From assembly GCA_027491395.1 (NCBI GenBank), contig JAOZFI010000036.1, forward strand, positions 64,001 through 128,000: a stretch of 64,000 nt of DNA, written 5' to 3'. The first letter of the stretch is position 1. The number at the start of each line of letters is the position of its first letter. The notes beneath the pieces were generated by a model that had not been told where the DNA came from, did no database searches, and saw only the letters and a program-made list of their open reading frames with translations. A program made the translations under genes and the position numbers. The DNA is from Thermoproteota archaeon (GTDB lineage: Archaea; Korarchaeota; Korarchaeia; Korarchaeales; Korarchaeaceae). Positions 37,492 through 47,311 of this stretch are shown in pieces.

Positions 37492-38028
37492 TCACGACAA
37501 CTCTCCGAGGGAGGCCTCTATGTCCATCTGAGCTGCCACCTTCTGGAAGGTCTCGAAGTCCTCATTGCTCCACGCGACCAGCACTACCTCCTTCAGACTC
37601 GATTTAAGGACCTCCTCCAGAATTATCCTCACCGCCACCTCCACGGGCACTCCTCCGACTCCCGCTCCCATGGCTGGAAAAGCTAGACTCTCCAAGCCCA
37701 GTTCCTCCGCCTTCTTGAGAGCAGCCCTAACGGCTTTCCTCACGAACTCGGGATTACTCTTCCCTCCGGGGGACTCCACCGTGGGCGCGTGTATGATATA
37801 TTTGGCCTTGAGCTTTCCGGCTGAAGTTTCCACAGCGTCTCCTATCCTTATGGGAGCTTTTTTAAGGGCCTCCTCTTGTATCTCCTCGCCACCCTTTCTC
37901 CTTATCGCGCCGGCAACGCCTCCACCCATGATAAGCTGGACATTGGCTGGATTCACCAGAGCGTCCACCTCGACTTCGGTGATGTCACCGCGCACGATCA
38001 TTATCCTCGGCATTAGATCACCCCCCAT
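37492..38028 (-). CDS. Macro domain (ADP-ribose-binding/hydrolase) protein
   Basis: GDITEVEVDALVNPAN, MGGGVAGAI, IIHAPT, AFPAMGAGVGG. Confidence 0.92.
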   Translation of the reverse strand: MGGDLMPRIMIVRGDITEVEVDALVNPANVQLIMGGGVAGAIRRKGGEEIQEEALKKAPIRIGDAVETSAGKLKAKYIIHAPTVESPGGKSNPEFVRKAVRAALKKAEELGLESLAFPAMGAGVGGVPVEVAVRIILEEVLKSSLKEVVLVAWSNEDFETFQKVAAQMDIEASLGELS

Positions 38029-38049
38029 GTAATCAGGAGAATGGAGAAT

Positions 38050-38343
38050 TTAGAGATTGAGCTCCTCGGGCCTTAGCATCCGTGGAACACCCGCTTCTAT
38101 CGGATATTCTGCACCACAGTTCTCGCAGACTAGCTTGCCAGTTACCACTTCCCTACTCATGCACTCCATGCATAGGGAGGGGTCGCTTGGTTCTCCTCCC
38201 GAGAAAGCACACCACTTCTCGCAGAGGGGTTTCTCTGGTTTACTGGGCAATCCCTCCACCGCTTCTTCCCTTTCAATAACCAACTTCAAGGGAAAGTGAT
38301 GGCATTCCGGGCACGCCAAGAGATCCAGCAGCCTCCTCCTCAA
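38050..38343 (-). CDS. Trm112-family methyltransferase activator
   Basis: LLDLLACPEC...FPL, GKLVCENCGAEYPIEAGVPRML. Confidence 0.85.
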   Translation of the reverse strand: MRRRLLDLLACPECHHFPLKLVIEREEAVEGLPSKPEKPLCEKWCAFSGGEPSDPSLCMECMSREVVTGKLVCENCGAEYPIEAGVPRMLRPEELNL

Positions 38344-39029
38344 ACGATCACCTTCAAGAGGTTAGGTAACTCTCTCAAGCTTTTAATCATGCCATCCGCC
38401 TCGGGTCTCTGGACATCCTCCCTTATGACCCATATCGTCCTCATACCGACCTTCTTAGCACCTTCGATGTCTTCATAGGGGGAATCCCCGATCATCACGG
38501 CTTCCTCGGGTCGGGCACCCATCACCTCCAGTGCGCGCATGAATATCTCCCTAGCCGGCTTCCTAACCCCGACCATGTGAGATGAAACTATCACTTGGAA
38601 GAGGTCGAGTAGACCATCCTTCCTCAACCTCTCCACCACCATGTCGTGGTAGGGTGTGTTAGATACTACCGCCAACTCGTACTTCGAGGACAGCTTATCC
38701 AATGTCTCTTTAGCTCCCGGTTTCAGGGTGGTCAAATCCAGCATCGGCGATGCGTAAGCCTTCAGATGCTCATCCTCTACATTCTCGACATCCAAGAAAC
38801 TTAAGAAGGACTCCAGCTCTAAGGTAGCAGGTATTTCAATGCAACTGGTTCTCCTCCTATTATCGAAGGCGTTAAAGAGTCTCCTGTAGAAATTGAAGGC
38901 CCTCTCCTCAACGCCCGGATCCTCTATGCCCTCCACCTTCAAGATGTTCCTGACCCTATACCGGTAGTAGAGGTCCAAGTCCGGAGGATCGATGATGGTC
39001 CTCCAGAAGTCGAAGAGGAGGTAAAGCAT
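38340..39029 (-). CDS. HAD-IA hydrolase
   Basis: FDFWRTI, VSN, RKPAREIF, IGDSPYEDIEGA. Confidence 0.85.
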   Translation of the reverse strand: MLYLLFDFWRTIIDPPDLDLYYRYRVRNILKVEGIEDPGVEERAFNFYRRLFNAFDNRRRTSCIEIPATLELESFLSFLDVENVEDEHLKAYASPMLDLTTLKPGAKETLDKLSSKYELAVVSNTPYHDMVVERLRKDGLLDLFQVIVSSHMVGVRKPAREIFMRALEVMGARPEEAVMIGDSPYEDIEGAKKVGMRTIWVIREDVQRPEADGMIKSLRELPNLLKVIV

Positions 39030-39077
39030 ATTACTTCGAGAGAGCGGAGGATAATAACTTGGCGGCGAGGTGTTCGG

Positions 39078-39338
39078 ATGTCAGATCACAAGTACGAATT
39101 GCAGGTAGTGAAACTACAGAGAGCAATGAGGGTCCCTAAGGACTACAAGGAGAAACTGAAGGAGCTGTACGGTAATAAAGTGATATCCAAATTCTCCAAG
39201 GATGCGGTGGACTGCCCAGTGCGGGGCGAGAGGGTGAGCTTTCTCATATGCATGGGATGTCCCAACTACGTTAGGAGGTTCAAGGGGTACGTTCACTGTA
39301 AGGGAGAACCTCTCGACGAAGAACTAGTAGAGCGATGA
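39078..39338 (+). CDS. Small Cys-rich hypothetical protein
   Basis: DCPVRG...ICMGCPNY...VHCKG; GAGGTG upstream. Confidence 0.65.
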   Translation: MSDHKYELQVVKLQRAMRVPKDYKEKLKELYGNKVISKFSKDAVDCPVRGERVSFLICMGCPNYVRRFKGYVHCKGEPLDEELVER

Positions 39339-39951
39339 GAAGGGCTGTGAGAATCGATGCGGCCAAGGCGAGCATCAGGGGAGTCATCCAATCCGCCTCC
39401 GTACTGCCTTGTGGTCTCCTAACTTCAACTTCAGGCGCTCCGCCTTTCTCAGCTTCAGCCGGTGTTTCCGGGTAGAGGGGTACTGCAACAGTGGTGGTCC
39501 TCTCCTCCGCCGGCATAACGGCTGGTCTCGGCCTCATGAGATACCAAGGCATGCCCACTATGAATATGGCCACGAGCACGCTGATCACGAGGCTTTTCAC
39601 CAGTATCTCCTTGGGAGGAAGTGTTCTTCCCAGAACGCTTCTCAGACAACTCTCTTTGTCCTTCCTAGTCGTGGGAACGACCAAGAAGGCAGATGAAGAT
39701 AGGGTGTAGAGGGTCTTCCTGCCTCTCCTCCCAGCCATCGTTCCTACGACTCTTATGACACCCGCTTCCAAGAGCTTATCGACATGAAAAACTATGGTGG
39801 TAAGTGGCTGGTTCAGCTCCTTGGCCAGATCATTGGGACTCTTGGGATACTCCCTGAGTGAGGAGATGATTCTCCTTCCAAGGTCATTAGCTATCTCTTG
39901 CCCGAAGAGCCTAACCCTATCATCATCCAGAGTGAATATCTCCCAGTCCAT
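39280..39951 (-). CDS. ArsR-like winged-HTH protein with two TM segments
   Basis: SPNDLAKELNQPLTTIVFHVDKLLEAG; two hydrophobic helices in C-terminal half. Confidence 0.75.
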   Translation of the reverse strand: MDWEIFTLDDDRVRLFGQEIANDLGRRIISSLREYPKSPNDLAKELNQPLTTIVFHVDKLLEAGVIRVVGTMAGRRGRKTLYTLSSSAFLVVPTTRKDKESCLRSVLGRTLPPKEILVKSLVISVLVAIFIVGMPWYLMRPRPAVMPAEERTTTVAVPLYPETPAEAEKGGAPEVEVRRPQGSTEADWMTPLMLALAASILTALLIALLVLRREVLPYSERTP

Positions 39952-39996
39952 CCAAGCAGGTGAGAGAGGACCTGATATAAATTGATGAGTTAATGT

Positions 39997-40650
39997 TCAA
40001 TACGCGCCGAACCTTTTCCACTCTATAAGAATGTCCGCAGCTTCCGAGAGGCTGTCAGCCACGTGGTCAGCTAAGGACCTTATAACCTCCGATCTGGGCC
40101 TGAACGCGATCTTCTTTCCTATCTCCATGCGGAAGACCGATAGATCGCTCTCACCATCTCCCACAAAGGCCACCCTGCGGAGAGGGACACCGAACCCCCT
40201 CGCCACATCCGTGAGCTCCTCAGACTTCCTCTCTGGATCCAGCTCCCTCAGGATCCCAAGTACCCTACCGTCTACTATCCTCAGCTTGGCAGATCTGCAG
40301 AAGTCCATCCTGAGCATATTGCAGAGCCTCTCGGCAATCACATCGAGACCAGAGCTTATGAGCCCTACCACAAATCTCTCCTCCTTAAGCCTCCCCACCG
40401 CCTCCTCCGCATCCTCAACGGGCCTCAGATTCTCCACTTCCTTCAGCACGATGGAAAAATCCCTCTCCTTCCATAGAGAGACATCCAGTTCGGCCCACTT
40501 CCTGTAGTCGATCTCGCCACTCTCATACATCCTCCTATATCTGGAGGCGACCTCTTCAGTACCCAGAAGCTTGTGTACGAACTCCCATGAGCTGTTTATA
40601 GGGAGGAGAGTCCCGTCCATATCGAATGCTACCAAGTAGGCCTCACTCAA
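39997..40650 (-). CDS. HAD-IB phosphatase (phosphoserine phosphatase-like)
   Basis: FDMDGTL, SSWEFVH, ISSG, VGDGESD. Confidence 0.82.
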   Translation of the reverse strand: MSEAYLVAFDMDGTLLPINSSWEFVHKLLGTEEVASRYRRMYESGEIDYRKWAELDVSLWKERDFSIVLKEVENLRPVEDAEEAVGRLKEERFVVGLISSGLDVIAERLCNMLRMDFCRSAKLRIVDGRVLGILRELDPERKSEELTDVARGFGVPLRRVAFVGDGESDLSVFRMEIGKKIAFRPRSEVIRSLADHVADSLSEAADILIEWKRFGAY

Positions 40651-40924
40651 CGCTTATCACCTCCCTTATCAGGGAGACTGGCACTAGGAGGAAATCCCCC
40701 TCGACCCTGCAACCCCTCCACTCGAATCCCTCGATGTGGTCCATCAACCTGTCATCTCTACTCTCACGCTCATAGTATCTGAATATCGCTTTGATCTCTA
40801 TCCTAACGATCTCTTGGTCTCCTGCGTTGGAGAGTATTCTGGGACCGTGCACTTTCAGGTACCTCTTCAACGCATCGATCACGCGCTCCCTTCCCATCGG
40901 CACCACCTTATTTACGTGGACCAT
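40643..40924 (-). CDS. Hypothetical protein
   Basis: 93-aa ORF whose stop overlaps the start of the HAD gene. Confidence 0.5.
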   Translation of the reverse strand: MVHVNKVVPMGRERVIDALKRYLKVHGPRILSNAGDQEIVRIEIKAIFRYYERESRDDRLMDHIEGFEWRGCRVEGDFLLVPVSLIREVISVE

Positions 40925-40942
40925 CCCATTTGCTCGATAGGT

Positions 40943-41905
40943 ATGAGGAGGGTCGAGGATATTACCCTGCGCCCTGGAATGACCGCCTCGGATATCATCG
41001 GGGAGATGGAGAAGGCCGGCGGTTTCACCGCCAAATTCGTGGCAGAGGGAGTCAGCATCCTAGAGAGGATGGTGAGGGATCCGGAGTCGGTGAACTTCCT
41101 CTCCTTCCCAGCAGACATTGTCTCCACAGGAGTGAGGGGGATACTGGTCGACATGCTAAGGAGGAACCTGTTCGACGTTGTGATAACTACGGGGGGCACG
41201 ATAGACCACGACATCGCTAGGTGCTTCGCTGACTACTATCACGGGAGCTTCGACGCCGACGACTCCGAACTATATGAGAGGAGGATACACAGGCTGGGGA
41301 ACGTGTTCATACCCTTCGACAATTACGGACCCGTGGTGGAGAGGTTCGTGAGGGAAGAGGTACCGAAGGTCTTGGGGGAGTCTGGAAGGAGGATATCTCC
41401 CAGCGAGCTACTCCATAGTCTGGGCGAGAAAATGTGCCCCAAATCCATCCTGAGGACGGCTTACGAGGCTAAAGCCCCAATATTCTCCCCAGGCCTCTTG
41501 GACTCGTCGTTCGGTACAGCTTTAAGCTTCCTATCCCAAGAATCGGACTTCCATCTAGACTTCATCAGGGACGTGCTGAAACTGGCGGACCTTTCCTTCA
41601 CCATGAAGGTGAGTGGAGCCCTAGTCTTGGGGGGCGGGATATCCAAGCACCACACAATATGGTGGAACCAGTTCAAAGGAGGACTCGACTACGTCGTGTA
41701 CCTGACCACTGCAGTGGAGTGGGACGGGAGTCTCAGCGGGGCGAGGGAGAGGGAGGCCATAAGCTGGGGTAAGGTCTCCAAGAGGGCGGTGAGGACATTC
41801 ATACCCGGAGAAGTGTCTGCTCTCCTCCCGCTCATGTATGCGGCGCTTCTCGACAGGATCAGCGACTTCCAGAGGGAAGGGAGACAATTAATCGGGAAGC
41901 TTTAA
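40943..41905 (+). CDS. dys: Deoxyhypusine synthase
   Basis: ITTGGTIDHD, RLGNV, GGGISKHH, DGSLSGA..REAISWGK; start at ATG 40943. Confidence 0.93.
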   Translation: MRRVEDITLRPGMTASDIIGEMEKAGGFTAKFVAEGVSILERMVRDPESVNFLSFPADIVSTGVRGILVDMLRRNLFDVVITTGGTIDHDIARCFADYYHGSFDADDSELYERRIHRLGNVFIPFDNYGPVVERFVREEVPKVLGESGRRISPSELLHSLGEKMCPKSILRTAYEAKAPIFSPGLLDSSFGTALSFLSQESDFHLDFIRDVLKLADLSFTMKVSGALVLGGGISKHHTIWWNQFKGGLDYVVYLTTAVEWDGSLSGAREREAISWGKVSKRAVRTFIPGEVSALLPLMYAALLDRISDFQREGRQLIGKL

Positions 41906-41947
41906 AACGGGGTAGCTCTGGGTTGGTCCCGTGAGGAGGGTGGTGCA

Positions 41948-43084
41948 TTGAACCAAGAGCTGGGAATAAAGCTCATGCAGACCAATCAGAGTGACTGGTT
42001 CTCATGGATCTTCTTCCTGATATTCATCACCATCATGCAGTTCTACGCTAGTAAGCTCCAGGCCCAACTATGGATCAACGAGATCAGGAAAGCCTTGGCC
42101 AAGCTCGAGGAATACACTAACGACGCTACCAAGAAATTCGTTGAAGAGGCATCCAAGTACGGCCGTCCGAAGGAGGAGGTGGAATCTCTCTTCAAGAGAA
42201 TCAAGGGGTTCTTCGTGATACAGCCTGTCACTCTAGACCCATTTGGCGCCGTCAAGAGGCTGGAGCACCTACTAGAGAGCTCCAAAGATCATCTCAACAA
42301 ATTCATGGTCGAGATAGCCCCCAAAGCCGACGAGTGGAAGAGATCCAACCTGAGAGATCAGATGTCCGGCGTCTTGGCCCTTGACATGATATACAGGATT
42401 GTCCGTCACTACTTCATACTAGGGAGGAGAACCCAGAACCTCATATACATCGCCCAGATCCAGATGCTGCTCCCTGAGATCCTTAGGATAGCCAAGGCCT
42501 ACTGGAAGGCGGGCGAGGCCTTCAGGAGGGGCATTCCTATAGGAGACAGCATCGGTCCGATGGTGGCTTTGAGGCTCATGAACGGAGTAGAGCCCAAGGA
42601 GGTGGCCGAGAATATAGTCGGAGCGGAGGTGGACATAGAGGGAAGGAGAACTTTTATCATAAAGGCGAAGGGTCCGGGATCGGAGGTAGGGAGGCCCGGA
42701 GTGGCCATCGAGAGGATAGTCGAGAGCAGGGAGGGTAATGTCTCCCTCATCATCATGATAGACGCGGCCGCCAAGTTGGAGGGCGAGCCGACAGCTGAGG
42801 TGGTCGAGGGAATAGGGGCGGCGATAGGGGATCCAGGACCCGAGAAGCTGAGGATAGAGGAGGTCGCCACAAAGTACAAGATACCACTGCACGCCATAGC
42901 CATTAAGGAGGATCCGCTCGACGCCATAACCTCCATGAGAGAGGAGATAGCCAAGTCGGTGGATGAGGTCATAGAGAGGGTTAAAATGGCGATAAGATCG
43001 AAGACCCTCCCGGGAGACTTCGTGCTCATAGCGGGGATAGGGAACACTGTGGGGGTTGGCAACACGATGGGAGGTGCCTCATGA
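41948..43084 (+). CDS. DUF1512-family membrane protein
   Basis: P..LDP.G, VRHYF, PIGDSIGP, KAKGPG, IDAAAKLEGE, GIGAAIGDPGPEK, GIGNTVGV. Confidence 0.8.
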   Translation: MNQELGIKLMQTNQSDWFSWIFFLIFITIMQFYASKLQAQLWINEIRKALAKLEEYTNDATKKFVEEASKYGRPKEEVESLFKRIKGFFVIQPVTLDPFGAVKRLEHLLESSKDHLNKFMVEIAPKADEWKRSNLRDQMSGVLALDMIYRIVRHYFILGRRTQNLIYIAQIQMLLPEILRIAKAYWKAGEAFRRGIPIGDSIGPMVALRLMNGVEPKEVAENIVGAEVDIEGRRTFIIKAKGPGSEVGRPGVAIERIVESREGNVSLIIMIDAAAKLEGEPTAEVVEGIGAAIGDPGPEKLRIEEVATKYKIPLHAIAIKEDPLDAITSMREEIAKSVDEVIERVKMAIRSKTLPGDFVLIAGIGNTVGVGNTMGGAS

Positions 43085-43516
43085 ATGTCCTCCAACAACT
43101 CCAACAAGAAGGGAGCTCCGACAGGGTTCTACCTATTCTGGATAGCATCAATGGTAGGTATAGTGCTTATCTCGGTTCTCTTCTTTTACATGGGATTCTC
43201 CTCGCTTCAGGAAGGGAACACAAATGATGCGATCCTGAATATAGTGATGGGAGTAGCTGGCATGGGTATAGCCGTTAAGGTCGCTTACGACATGGCCAAA
43301 GCAAGGCTCGCCTATCAGGAGGAGCACCAGGAGATCTTCACCGAGTTGCACTGCACGAATTGCGGGAGGAAGATGCTAAGGACATTCAAGGAGGGGGACT
43401 TCGTCGGGAAGCTCTCTACCGACGATAAGTGTCCCAAATGCGGCTCTTCTATGCTCATAGTCTCGATATTCGCCAAAACTCCCAAGCAAAAGGCTAAAGA
43501 GAAGGCCTTACAATGA
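43085..43516 (+). CDS. Membrane protein with C-terminal Zn ribbon
   Basis: Two TM helices; CTNCG..R.FKEGDFV..CPKCG. Confidence 0.7.
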   Translation: MSSNNSNKKGAPTGFYLFWIASMVGIVLISVLFFYMGFSSLQEGNTNDAILNIVMGVAGMGIAVKVAYDMAKARLAYQEEHQEIFTELHCTNCGRKMLRTFKEGDFVGKLSTDDKCPKCGSSMLIVSIFAKTPKQKAKEKALQ

Positions 43517-43529
43517 GCGGTGACCGGCT

Positions 43530-44006
43530 TTGAAGAAGACTAAAATCCATGTGGTGCCCTGCGTGGTGATATTTAATAGAGAGGGCAAGGTACTGCTGCT
43601 CAAGCGGGCTAGAAGCAAGAGAAACGGTGGTAGATGGGAGATACCGGGCGGCAGCCTTAGGTACGGTGAGTCGCCGAGACGAGGTGCCTTAAGGGAGCTG
43701 AGAGAGGAGACGGGCTTCAAACTAACCCCTTTGGACCTCAGACCCGTGGACACGTTCGGGGTCATATATCCGGAGATGAGGGTAGAGTTCATAATTCCGC
43801 TGTACACGGCCGTCGTCGACAACGGGGTGGATCCCGTGATAAGGCCAGAGGAGCACGACGACTGGGGTTGGTTCACCATAGAACAGATAAAAGAGATGGA
43901 ATTGAGAGACGAGACCATGAAGGGAGCCTACTTAATGGTTAAGGCAGCCAAAAAGTTGATCGACTCTCTAAACGAAGAGAAAATGGGGGGAAGTGTGTCT
44001 GGCTGA
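43530..44006 (+). CDS. NUDIX hydrolase
   Basis: WEIPGGSLRYGESPRRGALRELREETG. Confidence 0.9.
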   Translation: MKKTKIHVVPCVVIFNREGKVLLLKRARSKRNGGRWEIPGGSLRYGESPRRGALRELREETGFKLTPLDLRPVDTFGVIYPEMRVEFIIPLYTAVVDNGVDPVIRPEEHDDWGWFTIEQIKEMELRDETMKGAYLMVKAAKKLIDSLNEEKMGGSVSG

Positions 44007-44015
44007 TTTCAGATC

Positions 44016-45191
44016 TCAGGAGACCTCCACGCCCAGCCTGCTCACGGGCCACCTCCTTATCATGGCCATCATGACTTCCATTCCCTTCCAGCCTACCTCT
44101 TCCTTGGAGATGGCGCTGAACCCGAGCACTCTCTTCGTGTTCTTCTCGTAGACGAGGTAGGCGTGGTCGCCCCAACCGTTTCCGCTGAGATACACCCTGT
44201 CAGCCTCAAACCCCTCATTCTCAGCCTCAACACTCGTCAGCCCAACCGAGGCCATGTGGACTCCGCCGAAGAAGACATCCTTCTGGAACCTAGGCACCCT
44301 ATAAGCTGCCTTGAACCCCGTGAGCGCTTTAGCCGCGTTAAGGGCCATTATGCTAGCGGCGGTGCCTATCCCCATGTATATGGGCTTATTTGTTAATATG
44401 TCTATGACGGTCGCGTTGTCCCCGACGGCGAATATGTTGGGATCCGAGGTCCTCCCCTGCTGATCTGTCTTTATGACCCAACCGTCTAGGAGCTCTAGGC
44501 CCGCCTCCTTGGCCAACGTTATCTCAGGGCTTACACCCGTGGCCACGAAGGTCATCTCCGAGCTAACCTCCTTGTCCTCATCCACTATGACTTTGCAATC
44601 CCTCACCTCCTTGGGTTTACCGTGGACGAATTCTACACCTTTCTCGGCCAAGAACTCCTCTAGTTTGGCGGATAGCTCAGGCTCCAAGCTCCTCCTGATG
44701 AGCCTCGACCTCACTATGACCTTGGGTTTGGCTCCGATGGCTCTAGCAGCGTCTGCTACATGGAGAGCCACGAAGCTAGCGCCGATTATTGCCACCTCAT
44801 TCGGCTTCTCATCTATCAGCCTCTGAACGTCCCCCAATCTCCTGAAAACGGCGCAATTCTCCCCTCCCTTCAGTCTCGAGGGGATGGTAGGGTTCGAGCC
44901 AGTGGCCAATACGAGGTAGTCGTACGGAATGGTCTTACCATCTGAGAGGACGACTTCCTTCTGCTCCCTCCTTATCTTGGTTACCCTGTCCAAAATTATC
45001 TCTACGTCCTTGGACTCCAAGTGCCTAGTGCTCACCCAGAGGTCCATCCCCTGCGTGACTAGCCTCAGCTTGTGTCTCACGTATGGTCTCTCATCACCGA
45101 TAACAGTGATCTTAGCGTCCGGAACCTGCTCGGCAACATGCCAAGCGGAGCCTAGTCCTCCCAGCCCAAATCCGACGACAACAACCTTCAC
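44016..45191 (-). CDS. FAD/NAD(P)-dependent oxidoreductase (rubredoxin reductase/NADH oxidase-like)
   Basis: GFGLGG, YDYLVLATGS, IGASFVA, TSDPNIFAVGD. Confidence 0.82.
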   Translation of the reverse strand: MKVVVVGFGLGGLGSAWHVAEQVPDAKITVIGDERPYVRHKLRLVTQGMDLWVSTRHLESKDVEIILDRVTKIRREQKEVVLSDGKTIPYDYLVLATGSNPTIPSRLKGGENCAVFRRLGDVQRLIDEKPNEVAIIGASFVALHVADAARAIGAKPKVIVRSRLIRRSLEPELSAKLEEFLAEKGVEFVHGKPKEVRDCKVIVDEDKEVSSEMTFVATGVSPEITLAKEAGLELLDGWVIKTDQQGRTSDPNIFAVGDNATVIDILTNKPIYMGIGTAASIMALNAAKALTGFKAAYRVPRFQKDVFFGGVHMASVGLTSVEAENEGFEADRVYLSGNGWGDHAYLVYEKNTKRVLGFSAISKEEVGWKGMEVMMAMIRRWPVSRLGVEVS

Positions 45192-45247
45192 TCAGAACAC
45201 CGCGCAGGGTGGGGGAGGGTAATTGAAAAAGTTAAACGAAAGGTCCC

Positions 45248-46552
45248 TCAACAGAAGATCACGGACTCCCTTCCGAACATCTTTGCACTTAACCATAGGA
45301 ATACAATTAGATAGAGGATCGAAGCGATGAGGGAAGTTGCTATCGCTCCTAGATCTCCAGGGTTTACTATCATATCCCTGGCGAACATTGCGAGGCTGGA
45401 TATGGGTAAGACCCTCAGTACGGGGTGAAAGGACTGAGGAGCGTAGGGGATGGCGACCATAGGCACCACCAGTATCAGGGTGAGGAAACCTACGTACTGT
45501 TGTGCCTCCTTGAAGGTCTTGGCGAAGGAGGCGGCGGTTATCATGACCGCATTCCCAGTCAATCCACCCAAGGCTACCGTGATCAGGATCCCCAAGGTGA
45601 GGTAGAGGAGCCTCGATGGTTCCATCAGCTGCGGCACGGATCCGGCTGCTAATGACTCACTCATCGATGTGATGGCGAATCCAACCCCTATCAAAGCGGA
45701 GAATAGGGTTGCTAAACCGCTTATCAGGGATAACAGGGTAAGAGCACCGAACTTTCCCAGCAGGAGCTGCCCTCTACTGACAGGATTGGTGAAGAGGGCT
45801 TCCAAGGTCTTCCTCTCCCTCTCGCCTGCTATCATGTCTATAGCGAATGTGCCGGCACCCGTTATCGCGATTAGCCCCACCATCATGGGGAGGACCATGG
45901 CCGTTACCACCTCTCCGGTGGTGGCCCCCTCCCCCGTGCTTGTGACCTGAACCGCCACGGAGACTATCGGCTTTATGTACTCCTCGGACAGGTTTATGGC
46001 CTCGAGCCTTCTCCTCAACACCTCCTCGGAGTATTCGCTCACTACCCTCTGGACCACCCCCATAGCCACGGAGGATCTGGCTCCATAGGGATCGTAGTAG
46101 TAGATCAATCTACCCGTCTTCCCGGAGCTGAGGTTCTCGTAGAACCCCTCAGGGATATCAACGATGAGATCAACATCTCCACTCAGCACTAGGCCAGTAT
46201 AGTTACCTCCATCCGTGACGATCGAAACCAGAGCTTCCGATGAATTCTCTAAGGCTTCAATCTCCTTAGCGAGGTCCATTCCACGGGGATCCTCCACGAC
46301 CACCATGATCTTCGGGGGAATTGTCTTGGGGCTCAGCATGAGGGTGGGGAGGGATATTACCAGGGGCATGAGGATCATGGGGAGGAGTACCACATTCAGC
46401 ATGGTCCTCCTATCCCTAAATGCCTCCAATACCTCCTTCCATGCCACAACCAACCAAGGCTTTGGAGGGAGGGAATAACCCTTCTGTCCGAATCCCTTAG
46501 AGATCTTTACTACACCGGAGGATCCCTTAAACAGCTTTCTCAATGACCTCAC
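45248..46552 (-). CDS. ABC-2 permease, NatB-like
   Basis: KE..RDRRT, AGERERKTLEAL..P, AKTFKEAQ. Confidence 0.88.
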   Translation of the reverse strand: MRSLRKLFKGSSGVVKISKGFGQKGYSLPPKPWLVVAWKEVLEAFRDRRTMLNVVLLPMILMPLVISLPTLMLSPKTIPPKIMVVVEDPRGMDLAKEIEALENSSEALVSIVTDGGNYTGLVLSGDVDLIVDIPEGFYENLSSGKTGRLIYYYDPYGARSSVAMGVVQRVVSEYSEEVLRRRLEAINLSEEYIKPIVSVAVQVTSTGEGATTGEVVTAMVLPMMVGLIAITGAGTFAIDMIAGERERKTLEALFTNPVSRGQLLLGKFGALTLLSLISGLATLFSALIGVGFAITSMSESLAAGSVPQLMEPSRLLYLTLGILITVALGGLTGNAVMITAASFAKTFKEAQQYVGFLTLILVVPMVAIPYAPQSFHPVLRVLPISSLAMFARDMIVNPGDLGAIATSLIASILYLIVFLWLSAKMFGRESVIFC

Positions 46553-47276
46553 CCCTCACTAGCCTCACGAATATATCTTCGAACTCCCTCTTCCCGGCGA
46601 TCCTTCTCAGATCCTCCTTGCTACCCTCGTACCTCAATGTCCCCTCACTGATGATTGCTATACGATCACAGAGCCTCTCCACCTCCCACATATTGTGCGT
46701 GGAGAGTATGACAGTCTTCCCGGATATGGCGTACTCCTCTATCATCTTCCTTATCTCTCGAGCGCTCATCACGTCCACACCCAGCGTGGGCTCGTCCAGC
46801 AGGAGAACGGGAGGTTCATCAAGAATGGCTCTAGCGAACGCTAGTTTCTGTTTCTGTCCTCTAGACAGCTTATCAGCTACCACAAACCTCTTCTCAGTGA
46901 GGTTCAGGATATCAAGGAGTTCCTTTATCCTCTTCCGGAGCCTTTCCTCATCCATTCCTCTCAGTTTACCGAAGTACACCAAGTTCTCCTCAGCTGTCAG
47001 TCTGGGATAAACTCCGGTATCCTCCGGGAGCACGCCCATCTTTCTCTTAGCCTCTATGGGATTCTCCCTTACATCCACCCCCATCACCTTCGCCGTCCCG
47101 TACGTGGGCTTCAGAACCCCGTAGATCATTCTCAGCGTCGTGGTCTTACCGGCCCCGTTAGGTCCCAGCAATCCGAATATGGTCCCTTCCTCCACCCTGA
47201 AACTGAGTTTCCTGACCGCCAAGAGATCACCGAAGGCCTTAGTCAAAGATATAGCTTCGACCGCGACCATCAACAC
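46527..47276 (-). CDS. ABC ATPase, NatA-like
   Basis: GPNGAGKTT, LSRGQKQ, LLLDEPT, STH. Confidence 0.92.
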   Translation of the reverse strand: MLMVAVEAISLTKAFGDLLAVRKLSFRVEEGTIFGLLGPNGAGKTTTLRMIYGVLKPTYGTAKVMGVDVRENPIEAKRKMGVLPEDTGVYPRLTAEENLVYFGKLRGMDEERLRKRIKELLDILNLTEKRFVVADKLSRGQKQKLAFARAILDEPPVLLLDEPTLGVDVMSAREIRKMIEEYAISGKTVILSTHNMWEVERLCDRIAIISEGTLRYEGSKEDLRRIAGKREFEDIFVRLVRGEVIEKAV

Positions 47277-47311
47277 ACCCCGTTTATATATTCAAGCTGC
47301 GAGAACCCCTG

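Noticed and set aside
37201-37686. ORFs 37201-37452 and 37447-37686
   Set aside because: They overlap the tRNA-Tyr gene and the macro-domain gene; treated as shadow ORFs.
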